Positions 1 through 14,042 of a DNA stretch of 64,000 nt are shown here, piece by piece. The stretch lies in NCBI RefSeq assembly GCF_006345805.1, contig NC_042997.1, forward strand, positions 132,742,001 through 132,806,000. Reading direction: 5' to 3'. The DNA is from Octopus sinensis (lineage: Eukaryota). The first letter of the stretch is position 1. The number at the start of each line of letters is the position of its first letter. The notes beneath the pieces are model-generated. The model was given only the letters and a program-made list of their open reading frames with translations, was not told the origin of the DNA and did no database searches. The position numbers were made by a program, and so were the translations under genes.

Positions 1-1171
1 GAACAAAGCATCTCTCGTTAGCTTGGGATAAATTTAATAGTAACGAAGGTAATACTGTTAGTAAATGTAGATTGCCATGACGTGTCGCACAATACGGCTA
101 CGTGTCGCACAAACAACCGTGGAAGCAGTCGTACCAGTGAAACAATGTCTGTGAACTCGTGATTACTGTGTCACGAATTAGTAAGGATAGTTATTGAGCC
201 TAGAGTCAAAGACACTCATCAATAACAAATATGTCAAAGATGACAGATTTATACCTCTAGCAAGTATTTGGGGATGTTTGTATAAAATGTGCAAAAGAGA
301 ACCACGGTATTGATTGATGACTCATTTGAAATAACTGACGCGTGATATCAATCTTCAGGCACTTCACTGGTTTTCAATGTTCCATAGAGACAATAACAAT
401 ATAACACACTTAAATTCGTTTTTTTATTGGTTTCGTCTGCAGATTTCAACTTTAGAAAATACGAATTCTTAGAATTCTGCCATTCAACCACAAAGTTACA
501 TGCCAATGGTCGCTGGCCTTAATTTTTTCTAATGCTTTATTCAAGGGACTTCGGGGCAAGTTAGAGAAAATATACGTAATGCTTAATTTACTGCGCTAAG
601 AAGCAGCAAATTAAGGGAAAAAAAGTCCGAATACTTGCAGCATAATGCACAAGACTAAACTCATATAAAGTCTCTGTGAGAATGTTAAACTCTGTGTCAG
701 ATAAAGTTGCTAAACATAGCAGCCAAACCTTCCTCAGAACTCACCCTAACGCATTTCAAAAGGAAAAGAAGCATTAGTTAATGTAGTCGTTCGCATAAGT
801 TATTAATGGTATGTAATAGAAGCGTAAGAGAGCAGTAGACACTCGTTCGAAACGAATACATACAAACTATAATCAGTTATGAAGAAAGGGTTTTCAGTCG
901 AAAACAATCGAATTATTGGCAAAACGTAATCATTTTGACAGATGAAAGGACGTTATATTTAGAACATATTTCTAATATAGTACAGCGGTTTGTGCTAAAA
1001 ATGCATCGTCGCTGGATAGTTGGATTAAAAAGTGTGGAAGCCTAGCTATTCGTTTTTTAGTGGGCATGGTGAGAGTATTGCAAAGTGTGCATTGCAAGAG
1101 TTTTATAAAGAGGACACAACAACAATCTGAAAACAATGAGATGCATATACATGCATATATATATACATGTA

Positions 1172-1389
1172 CGAGGGGTGCTGAAAAGTTCCTGGTTTTA
1201 AGTGCATCGCGAAAGGCTTGGTCAAGACCCTACTTTCCAAGTTCTTTTACGGGGTTTCGAAAAACTAAAGGACCGCTGCAATAAGTGCGTGACTCTGAGA
1301 GGGGAATATATTAAATAAAATCATCATAATTAACTGAGTCTCCTGTATTTTCTTTTACCCAAAGCCAGGAATTTTTCACCACCCCATCG
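1172..1389 (+). mobile_element. Internally deleted mariner (MITE-like)
   Basis: TIRs CGAGGGGTGCTGAAAAGTTCCTGG / CCAGGAATTTTTCACCACCCCATCG with TA on both sides. The interior keeps the mariner transposase C-terminus (LRGFEKLKDRCNKCVTLRGEYIK*). Confidence 0.85.
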
Positions 1390-1403
1390 TACATGCGCAT
1401 GTG

Positions 1404-1445
<42 letters not shown>

Positions 1446-2094
1446 ACACACACACACACATACACACATATATATTCTCTAGGTAGTGAACTGGTGGTCG
1501 GTTCATTGGAAATAGGTAGTCAATGTGTAACTGGTCATTTACTGTGCCCATTCTTTTGCAAGCAATGGAATTGAGTCATATGCCTTCAAATTACTTCGTT
1601 GTTTCTTCCCACCAGTCTCAATGGGTCTGGAAGCAACCATGAGCGCTGCACTTTATTTAGAAAGAAACAATAAAATAGAAGCTGGTTTATTTTTACCAGT
1701 TATGGGTGAACGGAGTAAAGATCGGTGATTTGTATAATTTTACCGTCCCTATGTCATCTGTGTGATCAACTCAGTAAACTCTCAGCAACTCAACTTCATT
1801 CCGCATTTAATATGTATCATAGGACCATGGAAAAGAAGCCACAATAACCAATGAAAGCACTGCTATTGGATGAGATTTTTTTGAGTTCCAGAAGAGATTT
1901 AGGTGTTGCATTTTCCATACTAGCGGTACGGGAAATAATGAAACAAAAGAATGAATCGTAAGAGTGATACTTTTTTTGTCATATTACAAATATTTCTGTG
2001 ATTGCAACTTAATTTGCATAGGAAATTGCCTCAGCTTTATGTCTTAAACAAAAATGCATAACCGCACTTTTCGATAATTTACATAGTAATAATT

Positions 2095-2320
2095 AAGGCG
2101 GTGAGCTGGCAGAACCGTTAGCACGTGGGCGAAATGCGTAGCCGTATTTCGTGTGCCTTTACGTTCTGAGTTCAAATTCGGTCGAGTTTGCCTTTCATCG
2201 TTTCGGGGTTGATAAATTAAGTACCAGTTACGCACTGGGGTCGATGTAATCGACTTAATCCGTTTGTCTGTCCTTGTTTGTCCCCTCTATGTTTTGCCCC
2301 TTATGGGTAATAAAGAAACA
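2095..2320 (+). mobile_element. tRNA-derived SINE, family A (monomer)
   Basis: Head GGCGGTGAGCTGGCAGAA with B-box-like GAGTTCAAATTC and core GCCTTTCATC..GATAAATTAAGTACCAG. 22-bp TSD GATAATTTACATAGTAATAATT at 2073-2094 and 2321-2342. Confidence 0.9.
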
Positions 2321-2371
2321 GATAATTTACATAGTAATAATTCACTGTAATCCTTCAAGTATTTTTTTATA

Positions 2372-2672
2372 GGAAGCGCAATGGCCCAGTGGTTAGGTTA
2401 GCGGACTCGTGGTCGTATGATCGCGATTTCGATTCCCAGACCGGGCGTTTTGTGTGTTTATTGAGCGAAAACACCTAAAAGCTCCATGAGGCTCCGGCAG
2501 TGGGTGGTGGAGACCCCTGTTGTACTCTTTCGCCACAACTTTCTCTCACTCTCTCTTCCTGTTTCTTGAGTAACGCTGCGATGGACTGGCATCCCGTCCA
2601 GCTGGGGGTGGGGCATACGCCACAAAAACCGGGAAACCGGGCCCATGAGCCTGGCTAGACTTGAAAAGGGCG
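2372..2672 (+). mobile_element. tRNA-derived SINE, family B head with V-domain-like tail
   Basis: A box TGGCCCAGTGG, B box TTTCGATTCC, tail CTGCGATGGACTGGCATCCCGTCCAG. Homologous copy at 33951. Confidence 0.85.
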
Positions 2673-3799
2673 ACGTCTATCGTTTTATTTATTTCTAAAA
2701 AATATCTTTGAATAATTGTTTTTTCAATCTTTACTTAACATATTTATGGTTCCCGTACTAATTCACTTGATCAAAGACAAAACAACAAAAAAGCTCAAAC
2801 AACTACATCAAAAATGTTTATTTGATTGAAGCAGTGTGTTCAAATCTTATCTGCAGGAGTTTAAAGAAACGTAGTGGATAATCATACTAGTATTCAGCTT
2901 TGCACTAACGGACTCGATCAATCAGCCAATTGCTCTTTGGTGTTGTAATTAATATGGTCCAATCTTGTTTGTTTCTTTTTCCAAGACCACATCCCTTTGG
3001 GACATAATTTCTAATTATGTTTTCCATTGTAGTATTAACTTCGCTCAATCCAAACTAAGTATCAGCAAAATTAATATCGCTCTCACCCAACTATTCTTGT
3101 GTTACAATGTATATAAATATTATAATTAGTGGTTACTGTCCCCAGTCCTTAGATTAAATTGGAGATAAAAATAAATCATTATAGATGGCAAATCTGATGA
3201 CAAAAATAATTGAAATATAAAAAATAAGGTATTGAGAAATTACATATTCATCAGAGCACTCCGCCCGAACTAGTAGTGATGTACTTTTAGAAGACAGTAT
3301 TAGCACAACCGATAATGATTATTACATATACAACTCTAATATGTCGAAGATTGACCATATCAGGAGTTTTATAGCAAAGAGTAACAGAGATACATGGTAC
3401 CGAAGAAATTCGAACGCGACGCATAGCATCTCGATATTCTTTCTTGATATCATGTTTTTGGCATTGGGCAGGCAAGTCAGTGTTGTAATTTATAGAAGAA
3501 AAGCTGATGAATCTGCTTAACTAAGTCTACTCTGGTTGATCAAACTTACAATCAAAGGTATCTCCTCCGTCACAGTTAAGATCTTTTGTAGATCAGTAAA
3601 TCTATTCTTCAAAGCTTCCTTGTTTTAAAAATAGATGTACTTTAAAGTTATACTTTAATGAGTTGCAGCAAAACGAATGACCATATATATATATTGTCGT
3701 TGTACAGGAGAATGTTGTAGGGCCGTGAGATGTACTTTGACATGAAGTAAACACCAAGGAACAACGGTATGCCTCTCTTCTCTTTATATTTCCTATGTA

Positions 3800-5080
3800 C
3801 GAGGGGCGTTCAATAAGTAATGCCCCTGACCCACTTCCCATAGCAGTAGAGCAACGAAACTTGGAACAGTTATTAGTCTTTTTCTACATAGGAACCACCC
3901 AGAGTTACTCATTTCTCCCATCGTTTGATGCAGCTCTGAAGACCGTTTTTGTAGAAGACCCCAGCTTGGTCCTCCAACCACGACGTGACTTCAGAAATCA
4001 AGGCTGCATCAACTGGGAAACGCTTTCCTTTCATGGCTGGGAAGAGGTGAAAATCAGAGGGTGCAAGGTCAGGAGAGTAGGGGGGATGGGGGATGAGTTC
4101 ATAGCCGCACGCCTGTGCTTCTGATCTGGCGACACGCGAGTTGTGGATCGGAGCGTTGTCCTGCAGGAGGAGGATGCCTTTGCTGATCTTGCCCCGCCTC
4201 TTGATTTTGATAGCTTCTCTTAATTTCCTCAAAAGTGAAGCATAATATACTCCTGTAATTATGGCACCCTTTGCCAGGAAATCTGTCTCCACTACTCCGT
4301 CCTGGTCCTAGAAGACTGTAAGCATGACCTTGCCAGCGGAGGGCTGCATCCTTGCCTTCTTTGGAGGAGGTGAGTCACGGTGCTTCCACTGCATTGACTG
4401 GGCTTTGGTCTCTGGATCATAGTGATGGACCCAGGTTTTATCCTATGCAATCAGTCTTTTGAAAAATGTTGACTCATCTTCTTGGCACATCTCCAAATTC
4501 ATCCTCGAGCAATCGACGCGTTCTTGCTTCTGGAAAGGTGTGAGCAACCTGGGAATCCATCTGGCAGACACCTTTTGCATATGTAAATGGTCATGAATGA
4601 TAGTTTCCACAGACCCGGTACTAATCTTGACCTCATGGGCTATTTGGCGAATAGTTATGCGTCGATCTTCCAAAATGGCAGCCTCAACTTGACAGACAGA
4701 TGCCTCATCAATGGCAGAAGGGGGCGACCAGATCTGGGAGCTGTTTCCACAGAGTTCCGACCATGCTTGAATTCACGATGCCAGCGTTTTACAAGGTCAT
4801 ATGATGGGGCATCATCACCATAAGTTACTTTCATTTCATCAAAAGTCTCCCGTGGTGTGCGTCCTTTCAAATACAAAAAAACGGATCACTGCTCGACACT
4901 CAACATGCTCCATTTTACACTTGACTCAGTTCAAACACCTGTAAATCGGAAACCACAATTAGTTCAGAGCTGTAATTTGCCACTTAATCTATAGAGATAT
5001 AAATAATTGCACATGCAAAATTTCAGCTAGATCGAACAAGTGTAAGTGGGTCAGGAGCATTACTTATTGAACGCCCCTCG
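3800..5080 (-). mobile_element. Full-length mariner DNA transposon (1281 bp)
   Basis: 37-bp TIRs CGAGGGGCGTTCAATAAGTAATGC(C/T)CCTGACCCACTT with 1 mismatch. TA TSD at 3798-99 and 5081-82. Confidence 0.97.
3873..4913 (-). pseudogene. Mariner (DD34D-type) transposase pseudogene
   Basis: Fragmented ORFs 4655-4876, 4443-4673 and 3909-4292 contain the HTH region, KVSARWIPRLL, LLQDNAPIH, HPPYSPDLAPSDFHLF and WEK*VTLGGSYVEKD*. Several frameshifts and stops. Confidence 0.93.
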
Positions 5081-5276
5081 TAATAACCAGTCTACCAATA
5101 TGATACTTCATCTACCAGTTTTTGAACTTATTACAATTATTTATGTCTTTTGTTATAGACGTTTGTTTTCCCTGAAATCAACTCAGAGAAGAAGAATACT
5201 CATGCAAGTCTTTCCACCCCGTCTAGAGTTAAGGGCCGAAACACTTGCATGAGGGGAGGGTTCCATCTCTGAAGAT

Positions 5277-5652
5277 TTTTTCTACTCTAATCACAAGGCT
5301 CGAAATTTTGGGGGAGGGGTCCAATCGATTCGATCGACCCCAGTACGCAAATGGGACTTAATTTATTGACCCCGAAAGGACGAAAGGCAAAGTCGACCTC
5401 GGCGGAATTTGAACTCAAAGCGTAAAGGCAGACGAAATACATATTTCTTTACTACCCACAAGGGTCTAAACATAGAGGGGACAAACAAGGACAGACAAAG
5501 GTATAGTGCGTAACTGGTACTTAATTTATCGACCCCGAAAAGATGAAAGGCAAAGTCGACCTCGGCGGAATTTGAACTTAGAACGTAACGGCAGACGAAA
5601 TACGGCTACGCATTTCGCCCGACGTGCAAACGTTTCTGCCAGCTCGCCGCCT
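5277..5652 (-). mobile_element. SINE family A, dimeric form
   Basis: Head at 5652, then two copies of the B-box/core module with two different tails. Confidence 0.85.
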
Positions 5653-6759
5653 TTCCTCTGAAGGCCTTCTGCTGTCCAATTCTCCCTAGAGTTTCATACT
5701 GCCTTATCCTCAGATCAGCTCTATTTGAGCTGGCTTACAATCGAATACTTTCTACCTGTGACCATCCCTGCCTTATTTTCGGGAATAGAATATCTAAGGT
5801 TACCTTATTCAAGACTTTCTTCCCTTTTTTTTCTTTTCTCTTAAGATCATACTACGTGATTATTAGGTTTAGGTTTGGCAGCATTTCTAGCTGAGACCTC
5901 CAGTAACTCGTTACTGAAACTAATGTGTTTCTTTAAATGAACAAGTGTTGGAACACTTGTAATTTTTAATACTAAATCAACTTCAAGTGTATTTGTTTTC
6001 GTATTGTTTTATTTCCATTTACGCTTACAACAATTTCTCAAAAAAAAACCCAGCAAAACAGAAGAAAATGAATATAAAAAATGGAAATTATCTTCATGAA
6101 GTCATCAGCATCATCATATGTTTTTGTCGTTGCGTTTTAGACCACCTGCTGCGAATTAGTCCAAATTTTAAGAATACATAGACAAATACAAAGAATGGAG
6201 TCATTTGAAAAATTGAGGCGATATAATAGTAAACGAGGTTTCTGCGAGTTGTGGTTATTACTAGCTGAGAGCGATTTATTATCACCGATAGATTTAATAT
6301 CAAACTCTTGTTTGCAAATACATACATGTTTTTGTTCATTTGAAAAGAAAATGGCGATGGTTTTTGAGCTGATAAAAACAAGCGCACACTTACGTACGTG
6401 CATACACAAACATATTCATTTCGCACAAATGCACATACAGATTTGCATTTTGCGCGTGCGCTCACACACACAAATACATGCATTTCGGATACACACTCGC
6501 ATACAATATCACATTATCACATTCCTGTACATAAAACACACTAGTCGCATACGACATAGATAAATGTAAACACAGCGGTGTACTTTGAAAATTCAAAACA
6601 TCAAAAAGAAGAAACTACATGCGTGACTAAAACACCTTGCAGCAAAGGGAGTTTGTATTTTCCTATAATGGTTACTAATTAGTTATAGACAACTATGATG
6701 TGTTCTTTGTTGTAACTGATATACAAAGACTATCAATTTTCAAGTGCAGGGTATCTTTA

Positions 6760-7200
<441 letters not shown>

Positions 7201-7272
7201 ATAAATGTGTGTGTGCATATATATATACACGTGTGTATGGTATAAGCATAGATGCATATGTATACACGTGCA

Positions 7273-8209
7273 TATTACATATATATAATACATGCACATA
7301 TATATTTATTTATACATACATACATAAAAATATAGGTAGATAGATAATTAAATAGATGTGATATCAAACACCGGAAGGATATTGAGCTAATGAAGTCGAA
7401 CGTTATTGGAAAGGCTATGAAGATCTATAACTCAGATATGAAAATACAACGATGTAAAATCAACAAATATTGTTGGTTTTGTTGTCAACAGAAGTGAATA
7501 ACCTAGTTAATAAAGAAAACGTGACTCGTTTATTGATGATAAACTGGTGCGCAAGCACATGTTTCGGGTTTCAAATTCAGGTCCGCGTCAACAATGTGAC
7601 TTGGCTTCAAGCAGATTCGGTGGGAGGTTCTAACAAAGACAACCTTACAAGATCAGTCTAATATCAGTTATATAAGATTTGCATTTTTTTACAAAGAGAA
7701 AAGGTGATTTGTCTTTCATTCCTTTAATGCTTGTAAATTGGTATTTAGCAATATCTCAAAAGCGAAAAGCTTGCGGAACCGGCATGGCTGTCAGGTTAAG
7801 AAGCTCGTTTTGCAGCCGTGTGCTTTCGGGTTCAGTCCAAATGCGCAGCACTTTGAGCAAATGCGTTCTATTATGGTCCCGGTGCGATCAATGCATTGTG
7901 AGTGATTTTGGTACATTGAAACATCATGTGTGTGTGTGTGTGTGTGTGATATAAAAAATTCTACATACGTTTCAATCCAACAATATGTTTGAATCATTAA
8001 TAATCGTAACTTTTATAGATGTAATAAACGATATATTGTCGGATATCGTAGGAAAAATAAGTATATTTTCGGTCTTGAATTACGAAATGACTTATTACAT
8101 ATATATAATACATGCACATATATATTTATTTATACATACATACATAAAAATATAGGTAGATAGATAATTAAACAGATGTGATATCAAACACCGGAAGGAT
8201 ATTGAGCTA
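7273..8209. repeat. 117-bp direct repeat pair (7273-7389 and 8093-8209)
   Basis: TATTACATATATATAATACATGC...CCGGAAGGATATTGAGCTA occurs twice with 1 mismatch, 820 bp apart. Confidence 0.9.
7780..7930 (+). mobile_element. Degenerate SINE family C 5' half
   Basis: GGCATGGCTGTCAGGTTAAGAAGCTCG...CGGGTTCAGTCC...GCACTTTGAGCAAATG resembles the family C head. Confidence 0.6.
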
Positions 8210-8639
8210 TTGAGCTATGTTTAGGAATTTTCAAATGTAAACAAAAAACATAAGACGCAGAGTTCATATGATTAGATATTTATCGTTTAAACTTTAGCTA
8301 ATATTGAACGTTAAAATGCTGGTGAAACATCAAATTTATTCTAAAAATATATCTATTATTATATTTAAATCTAAATTTAAATTTGAATATATTCATAAAA
8401 GTTTATGTGACAGAGCTGGTAACTTATCATGAACAGTGTAATATACAAAGAATTAGATTGGGAATGTAAATAAAGATTGAATGAAAAATATGTTTATATT
8501 ATACTACTATAATTTTTTGAAGTACTACAGAGAAATATATGGAAGGAAGATGGGATGAATACAAGCATAACTTAACGTGAGTGGTGTAATATATACTACG
8601 ATAATGCTTTCTAGAAGTTTTACGGAGAAAAAATATAAC

Positions 8640-8939
8640 TGTGGTGTTATGAGCCAGGCTGTGTTGTAGGGAAGAATCGGAAGTGAGGGAGTAGGCATGT
8701 CCTTTCGGAAGTGGGGCCGGTGGGTCCCACCGGAAGTGCCGCGGTGGACATGCGGCATCAGCGAATCACGAGGGCGGACGTGTGAGACTGTGCAGCGACG
8801 GATAGCGCACGTGGACGTGGAGTGAATCTTGGAGATCGAGACAGCATGTGGGTGTTGAAAGTGACTCTTTTTGCGAACCGACAGGTAAGACTACCGTAAT
8901 TCTCTCTTCGCTTCCGTCTTTTTCTTTCTTTACATCACA
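8640..8939. mobile_element. Solo LTR (300 bp)
   Basis: TGTGGTGT...ACATCACA termini (TG..CA, imperfect inverted repeat), perfect 5-bp TSD ATAAC at 8635-39 and 8940-44, GC-rich against AT-rich flanks. Confidence 0.8.
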
Positions 8940-9139
8940 ATAACATTGCTGTCATTTAGGATTAAATTGATTAGAATATAATTTCCGATGTTCTAGGAAA
9001 AAATATTTGGTATTCAAAAATATTAGGTATATAAAAAGAACTATATTGTACTCACGAAATGCTAGAGAAATTAAAAGCCAGTGTTACGGGATAAATTCCC
9101 TAGGTCATAATTTGAGTATCTAGTAATCTCCCTTTTTTT

Positions 9140-9430
9140 ATAAAGGGTGTTCAAAAAGTGTCTCTGCAAAATAAATATTTATAAGATGGTATAAGACTAC
9201 GAAAGAATATATTAGACTTTATAAGACTTAAAAAAAAACTTTATAAGAAGCGTTGAAAGTGTCGTCCTTCCTTTTCAATACATAAATTGACACTTCATGG
9301 CTCGGTGTTGTCACTTGTGCTGGCAGATCACACTGTTCAAGATCTTCGCTACAAATGAATTGTACAGTTTTCATCGAGGGTCAGAGTTATGTTGCATATA
9401 GTCCAAGTAAAATCTAGGTATGAACTAGGC
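9140..9430 (-). mobile_element. Highly degenerate Tc1/mariner-superfamily 3' remnant
   Basis: Minus strand reads CIEKEGRHFQRFL*, like a Tc1/maT C-terminus. TIR-like AGGGTGTTCAAAAAG near 9144. Confidence 0.35.
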
Positions 9431-10869
9431 ATGAATTGTTTTACTCTGGTTGTATCTGATTAAATATGTATTCTGCTATGCTGTCCTGATGATTATACTG
9501 AAGTTTCTGGGAATGTAATGATGAGTAGGCACATAATATTATAGCTAAGAGACTAACTCGGTGAATATAGTACTGCAGCCTCTTGCGGAGTGCTTTTCCA
9601 GTCCACATCATCTTCTGAGAAGCACTGTTTCAGAGTTCCACGGTATGTAGCACCGGCGTATCGAGCAAATGTTTTTAAGTCTTGCAATGGAGTTAAAATA
9701 TGAATATTGAGCAGGAGTTATCTGAGGTTTAAACAGGGTGTTAAAAGTTTCATTTGTAACACATATCATCGAAATAATGTAAATGTATTATTCTCAATGA
9801 CACGGATTGTTAATGTTTTATATTTTCAAATGTATTAAAGCATTATGAAATTAACAGTCGGATTCGCAGACCATCCCGAAGACTACAGAGCTCAAGAAAA
9901 TTGTTGAATTAGATGAGTACAAGCTTGAAGGACGTGTCTCTGCACAAGTCATGCTCACTATAGTAGTAGGACTTGCCCGAAGACACTCGAGAACAATAGT
10001 GTGGTCTGCTTCAGAAACTCTGCCTTCTCAGATAATTAATCAAATATTGTGCCCGGGACTGTCACTGAGTGCGAAGTTGAGCGACAGTTTAAAAGCAGAA
10101 TGATGAGTCCTGTTACCTGTGAGCGTTTTTTTTAAAGGAAAGAGTAAAGTAGTAAGGCAATATAAACTCTAATGAAAATCCGCAGGTAGGGATCCTAAGT
10201 GGGATATGTATAGTTAAACTAACCAAAATCTGGCATCAGATGCGGTCACGGTAATACTGCGAACGTATTAACTTATCGTACTTTCGTGACATATCTATAA
10301 ACGGAGAAGTAGTAAGGGTAGTTGGAGCCAATATTTGCATGTGGAAACAGCTCAGGCACAGCAAAGGAGGTTACGTTACTCTTGCTGCAATACCGTCGAC
10401 AAACGATGTCAAAGGTCCACCAAAACTTAAAATATTTTAGAAATAAGAAAATTTAAATGTGAAAAAAATGAAAGAATGTTTTTTTTCTTAGCATCTATGG
10501 TATTTGAAACTGTACTAGCTTTTCGAAGTGTAATGACGATAACGACAGCATTTCAAACAAATTTATACGGTGTGTGTATATATATATATATATCATATAT
10601 ATGCTCACACGCAACACATACATATATATATACACATACATGTTGTTTTTATAGCATATTTTGAAGCATTGTCAATAGCTTTCACCATGAATCATATTCG
10701 TCTGTGGAATTCTTCCGGGCATTAAACTCTGATTAATGAGATATGAAGTGGCCCGAGTTAAAGTACGTAACGAATTTACTCTACTTATCGATTTTTTTCA
10801 ATTTACCTGTACAGTTACGTAGTAAGTGGAAACACTTGCAGTCTCTCACTAACACTCCCTCTCTCTCAC

Positions 10870-10887
10870 TCTATATCTGCCTGTCTG

Positions 10888-10951
<64 letters not shown>

Positions 10952-10981
10952 CCTACCTACCTACCTACCTACCTACCTACA

Positions 10982-11036
<55 letters not shown>

Positions 11037-11043
11037 TTGTCTG

Positions 11044-11092
<49 letters not shown>

Positions 11093-11180
11093 ATCTATCT
11101 CTATAGGTATGTGTATATATATGTATACACACATATACATATATCTATATGTGTGTGTGTGTGTGTGTGTGTGTATATCT
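10870..11180. repeat. (TATC)n/(TACC)n/(TG)n microsatellites
   Basis: Seen directly. Confidence 0.95.
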
Positions 11181-11417
11181 TCACATTACTCATACACCAC
11201 CACACATATACATTGGCATCCATATATATGTGTGTGTACTGATGTCTGTGTTTATGAATATTTATAAAAACATACATTAAACTGAGGGATCAATGAATGG
11301 CTTTCATTTTTCCAATAGAATATCCTGTTGACTATATCAATTTTCCAAATTTAATTGCAGCTTAGTAAGCTTCATCATACTATCATACACAAACACACAC
11401 TCATACAACTCATACGC

Positions 11418-11419
<2 letters not shown>

Positions 11420-11459
<40 letters not shown>

Positions 11460-11605
11460 CAAATATATATATATACATATATATGTATATATATACATGC
11501 ATATATATGCATTTATATATGTATATTTATATGTATATATATATATGTATATATGCATACATATATATGTATATATGTATATATATACATACATACATAC
11601 ATACA

Positions 11606-11643
<38 letters not shown>

Positions 11644-11660
11644 TTATTATATATTAATAT
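11420..11660. repeat. (TA)n/(TACA)n microsatellite field
   Basis: Seen directly. Confidence 0.95.
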
Positions 11661-11831
11661 CCCGTACAAGTCGTTGTTATGGAATTAGAAGAATATAAAA
11701 ATACACTGTACCTTATACATCGCAGTTAATTAATCCCAAAGTGCATTATTACAATCAATTTCAAACTACGTTATAACATATTCCATAATATATGATATCA
11801 TATAATCTTGTCGTCTCTCTCTCTCGCTCTC

Positions 11832-11879
<48 letters not shown>

Positions 11880-12416
11880 CCTGTTGGTCTTACAGACTCG
11901 TACACACGCATACTCACAAGTACACACGCACGCATACATATACACGTATAAGTGGTATGGATATGATTATAAATGCTTTGGAGAAATTATAAAAGATCAC
12001 TTCAATATAAATGACATAAAACTAATTACAGCCACAGTACTCAGGTAGATAATCTACAAAAATTTATTCATGAATTCAGGCAATATATAACAGTGAGCAT
12101 TGAGTGAATTAAATGTGCGAAAGTCGCTTGGAGGGAAGCAAATTAACGAAGATTGAGAAGATTAAATTTAGTCTTCGACATCGGAGAATTAGACTCAAAC
12201 AGTCCTGAGAAATTATTTCGGGATGGTTGGAGCGGATAAAGTACATTGCACAGAAACAAATATCATAAGCAAATTGTAGGACAGAGGAGCTTGAGAAATA
12301 TTAAAAGCTGAACTCTGTTATAGAAGAAATATAATACAATACTATACAATATAATAAAATCTAATATACATACATATACATATACATATATATATGTGTG
12401 TGTGTATATATATATA

Positions 12417-12515
<99 letters not shown>

Positions 12516-12523
12516 ATGTGTGT

Positions 12524-12828
12524 GGAGGCGCAATGGCCCAGTGGTTAGGGCAGCGGACTCGCGGTCGCAGGATCGCGGTTTCGATTCCCAGACCGGGCGT
12601 TGTGAGTGTTTATTGAGCGAAAACACCTAAAAGCTCCACAACCATCCGGCAGGGGGTGGTGATCCCTGCTGTACTCTTTCACCACTCTTTCTCCCACTCT
12701 TTCTTCTGTTGGCCTGCTCGCTTAGCCAACGGGGTGGCGTCATTCGAAGGCTAAAACAATCCGAACGCATTGTGACCAGCGATGTGTAACAACATCTGAT
12801 GGTCTGGTCGGTCACGTGATCACGTGAT
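12524..12828 (+). mobile_element. SINE family B head with an alternative tail ending (CACGTGAT)2
   Basis: Same head as the 2372 copy (TGGCCCAGTGGTTAGG..GGTTTCGATTCCC..TTGAGCGAAAACACC) but a different 3' half. Confidence 0.85.
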
Positions 12829-12840
12829 ATATATATATAT

Positions 12841-13287
12841 TTGAAAAAATTACTAACAAAGGCAAAATTTGACCTTAGCAACAAAGACCAAACATTCACT
12901 GTATCTAAATGCAATGATAGCCGATGTGGCACATGCCAATTCATACATACCGGCCAATATATAAACACAAAAACCGGGAAAATATTCACAAACGCGAATA
13001 TGAACGGCAAAAGCAGAAATTTAATTTACTGCATCAAATGCCCAAATTGTGAAGAAATATATGTAGGTCAGACGGGAAATGCACCATCAGAATGCTCACG
13101 TGTACACCGACAACAGATTAGAGACCCAGAGGTCCGTCAGATACCTTTGAGTAACCACCTAGCAACATGTGGTCGGAAAATATGTATAATATTTCCATTC
13201 TACAAATTACACAGCCCAAGTGAAATCGAGAGGAAAATCAGAGAAAAGAATTTTATCGATAAATTCGAACCCAAGCTAAATAAGTAA
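12841..13287 (+). pseudogene. PLE GIY-YIG endonuclease fragment (148 aa, no real start)
   Basis: CNDSRCGTC Zn motif, NLIYCIKCPNCEEIYVGQT, R..HR..I, H...C, E..FI...P.LN. Confidence 0.88.
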
Positions 13288-13706
13288 TAATAATAATACT
13301 TAGATAGCAGGAAAATTATCTTATTTAGGTTCCATTGCCGCCACCATCACCACTAGCAACAACAATTAAGGTGCTGACAATAATGATGAGGACAATTGAA
13401 ATATAAAAATATAAAAATCTCTGACAAAGGCTATTTACAACATTTCTAAAAATAGCCCAACAATTGCTGCCTCGGCCAGTGTTAAGATACAGGACTCTTG
13501 ACATGTCCAAGCAAGCGTGACGCCTAAACCAATCAGCTCAACTAACCAATCAGCTTAAGTAATTGAGTGATACTACACACTGATTGGTCAGAATACAGTT
13601 TACAAAACCTAGCAATCTGGAGCCCACACAGCTGTATTTAAGGCACAGATTCAATCATCTCGCTAGAGTCAAAAATTGTGAAGCATGACTGTCACCACTA
13701 CTACAC

Positions 13707-13749
13707 GAACCTGAAGATTGCAGAATTTAATGCATGAAAGTACTAGTTC
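13707..13749 (+). ncRNA. Minimal type I hammerhead ribozyme
   Basis: GAAC CTGAAGA t TGCA gaatttaa TGCA t GAAA GTAC TA GTTC: stem I GAAC/GTTC, palindromic stem III, CUA site. Confidence 0.82.
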
Positions 13750-13867
13750 AATCAAAATGAACATTTAACATTCTATTATTTTATTTTATTATATTATATT
13801 ATCTTATATCATTATAATATTGTAAATAAAACGTGAAAATCAGACAAGGTTGGAATTCCTTTTATTA

Positions 13868-13899
<32 letters not shown>

Positions 13900-13960
13900 T
13901 ATATTATATATATATATATATATAACATCAAAATAAGCAACAGGATATCAAGAAGTGATG

Positions 13961-14042
13961 GAGTACGACAGGTTCAAGCAACTCCATTTAATTGAACAAT
14001 GCAATCGTTATATCAATTTAAATGCAGGGCTATCATCAGCTG
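13961..14042 (-). ncRNA. Degenerate hammerhead motif
   Basis: Minus strand: CTGATGA tAGC..CATTTAAATTGA...TCAATTAAATG..GCTt GAAc CTGTCG TA. GAAA is mutated to GAAC. Confidence 0.5.

Larger units (their letters stand above)
12841..13866 (+). mobile_element. 5'-truncated Penelope-like retroelement (GIY-YIG end plus 3' pLTR)
   Basis: GIY-YIG ORF followed by a non-coding tail with a hammerhead. Both ends abut (TA)n. Confidence 0.88.

Noticed and set aside
12524-12600. SINE heads as tRNA genes (also 40385-40457 and 33951)
   Set aside because: They have A and B boxes but no complete cloverleaf, and they continue into SINE bodies.
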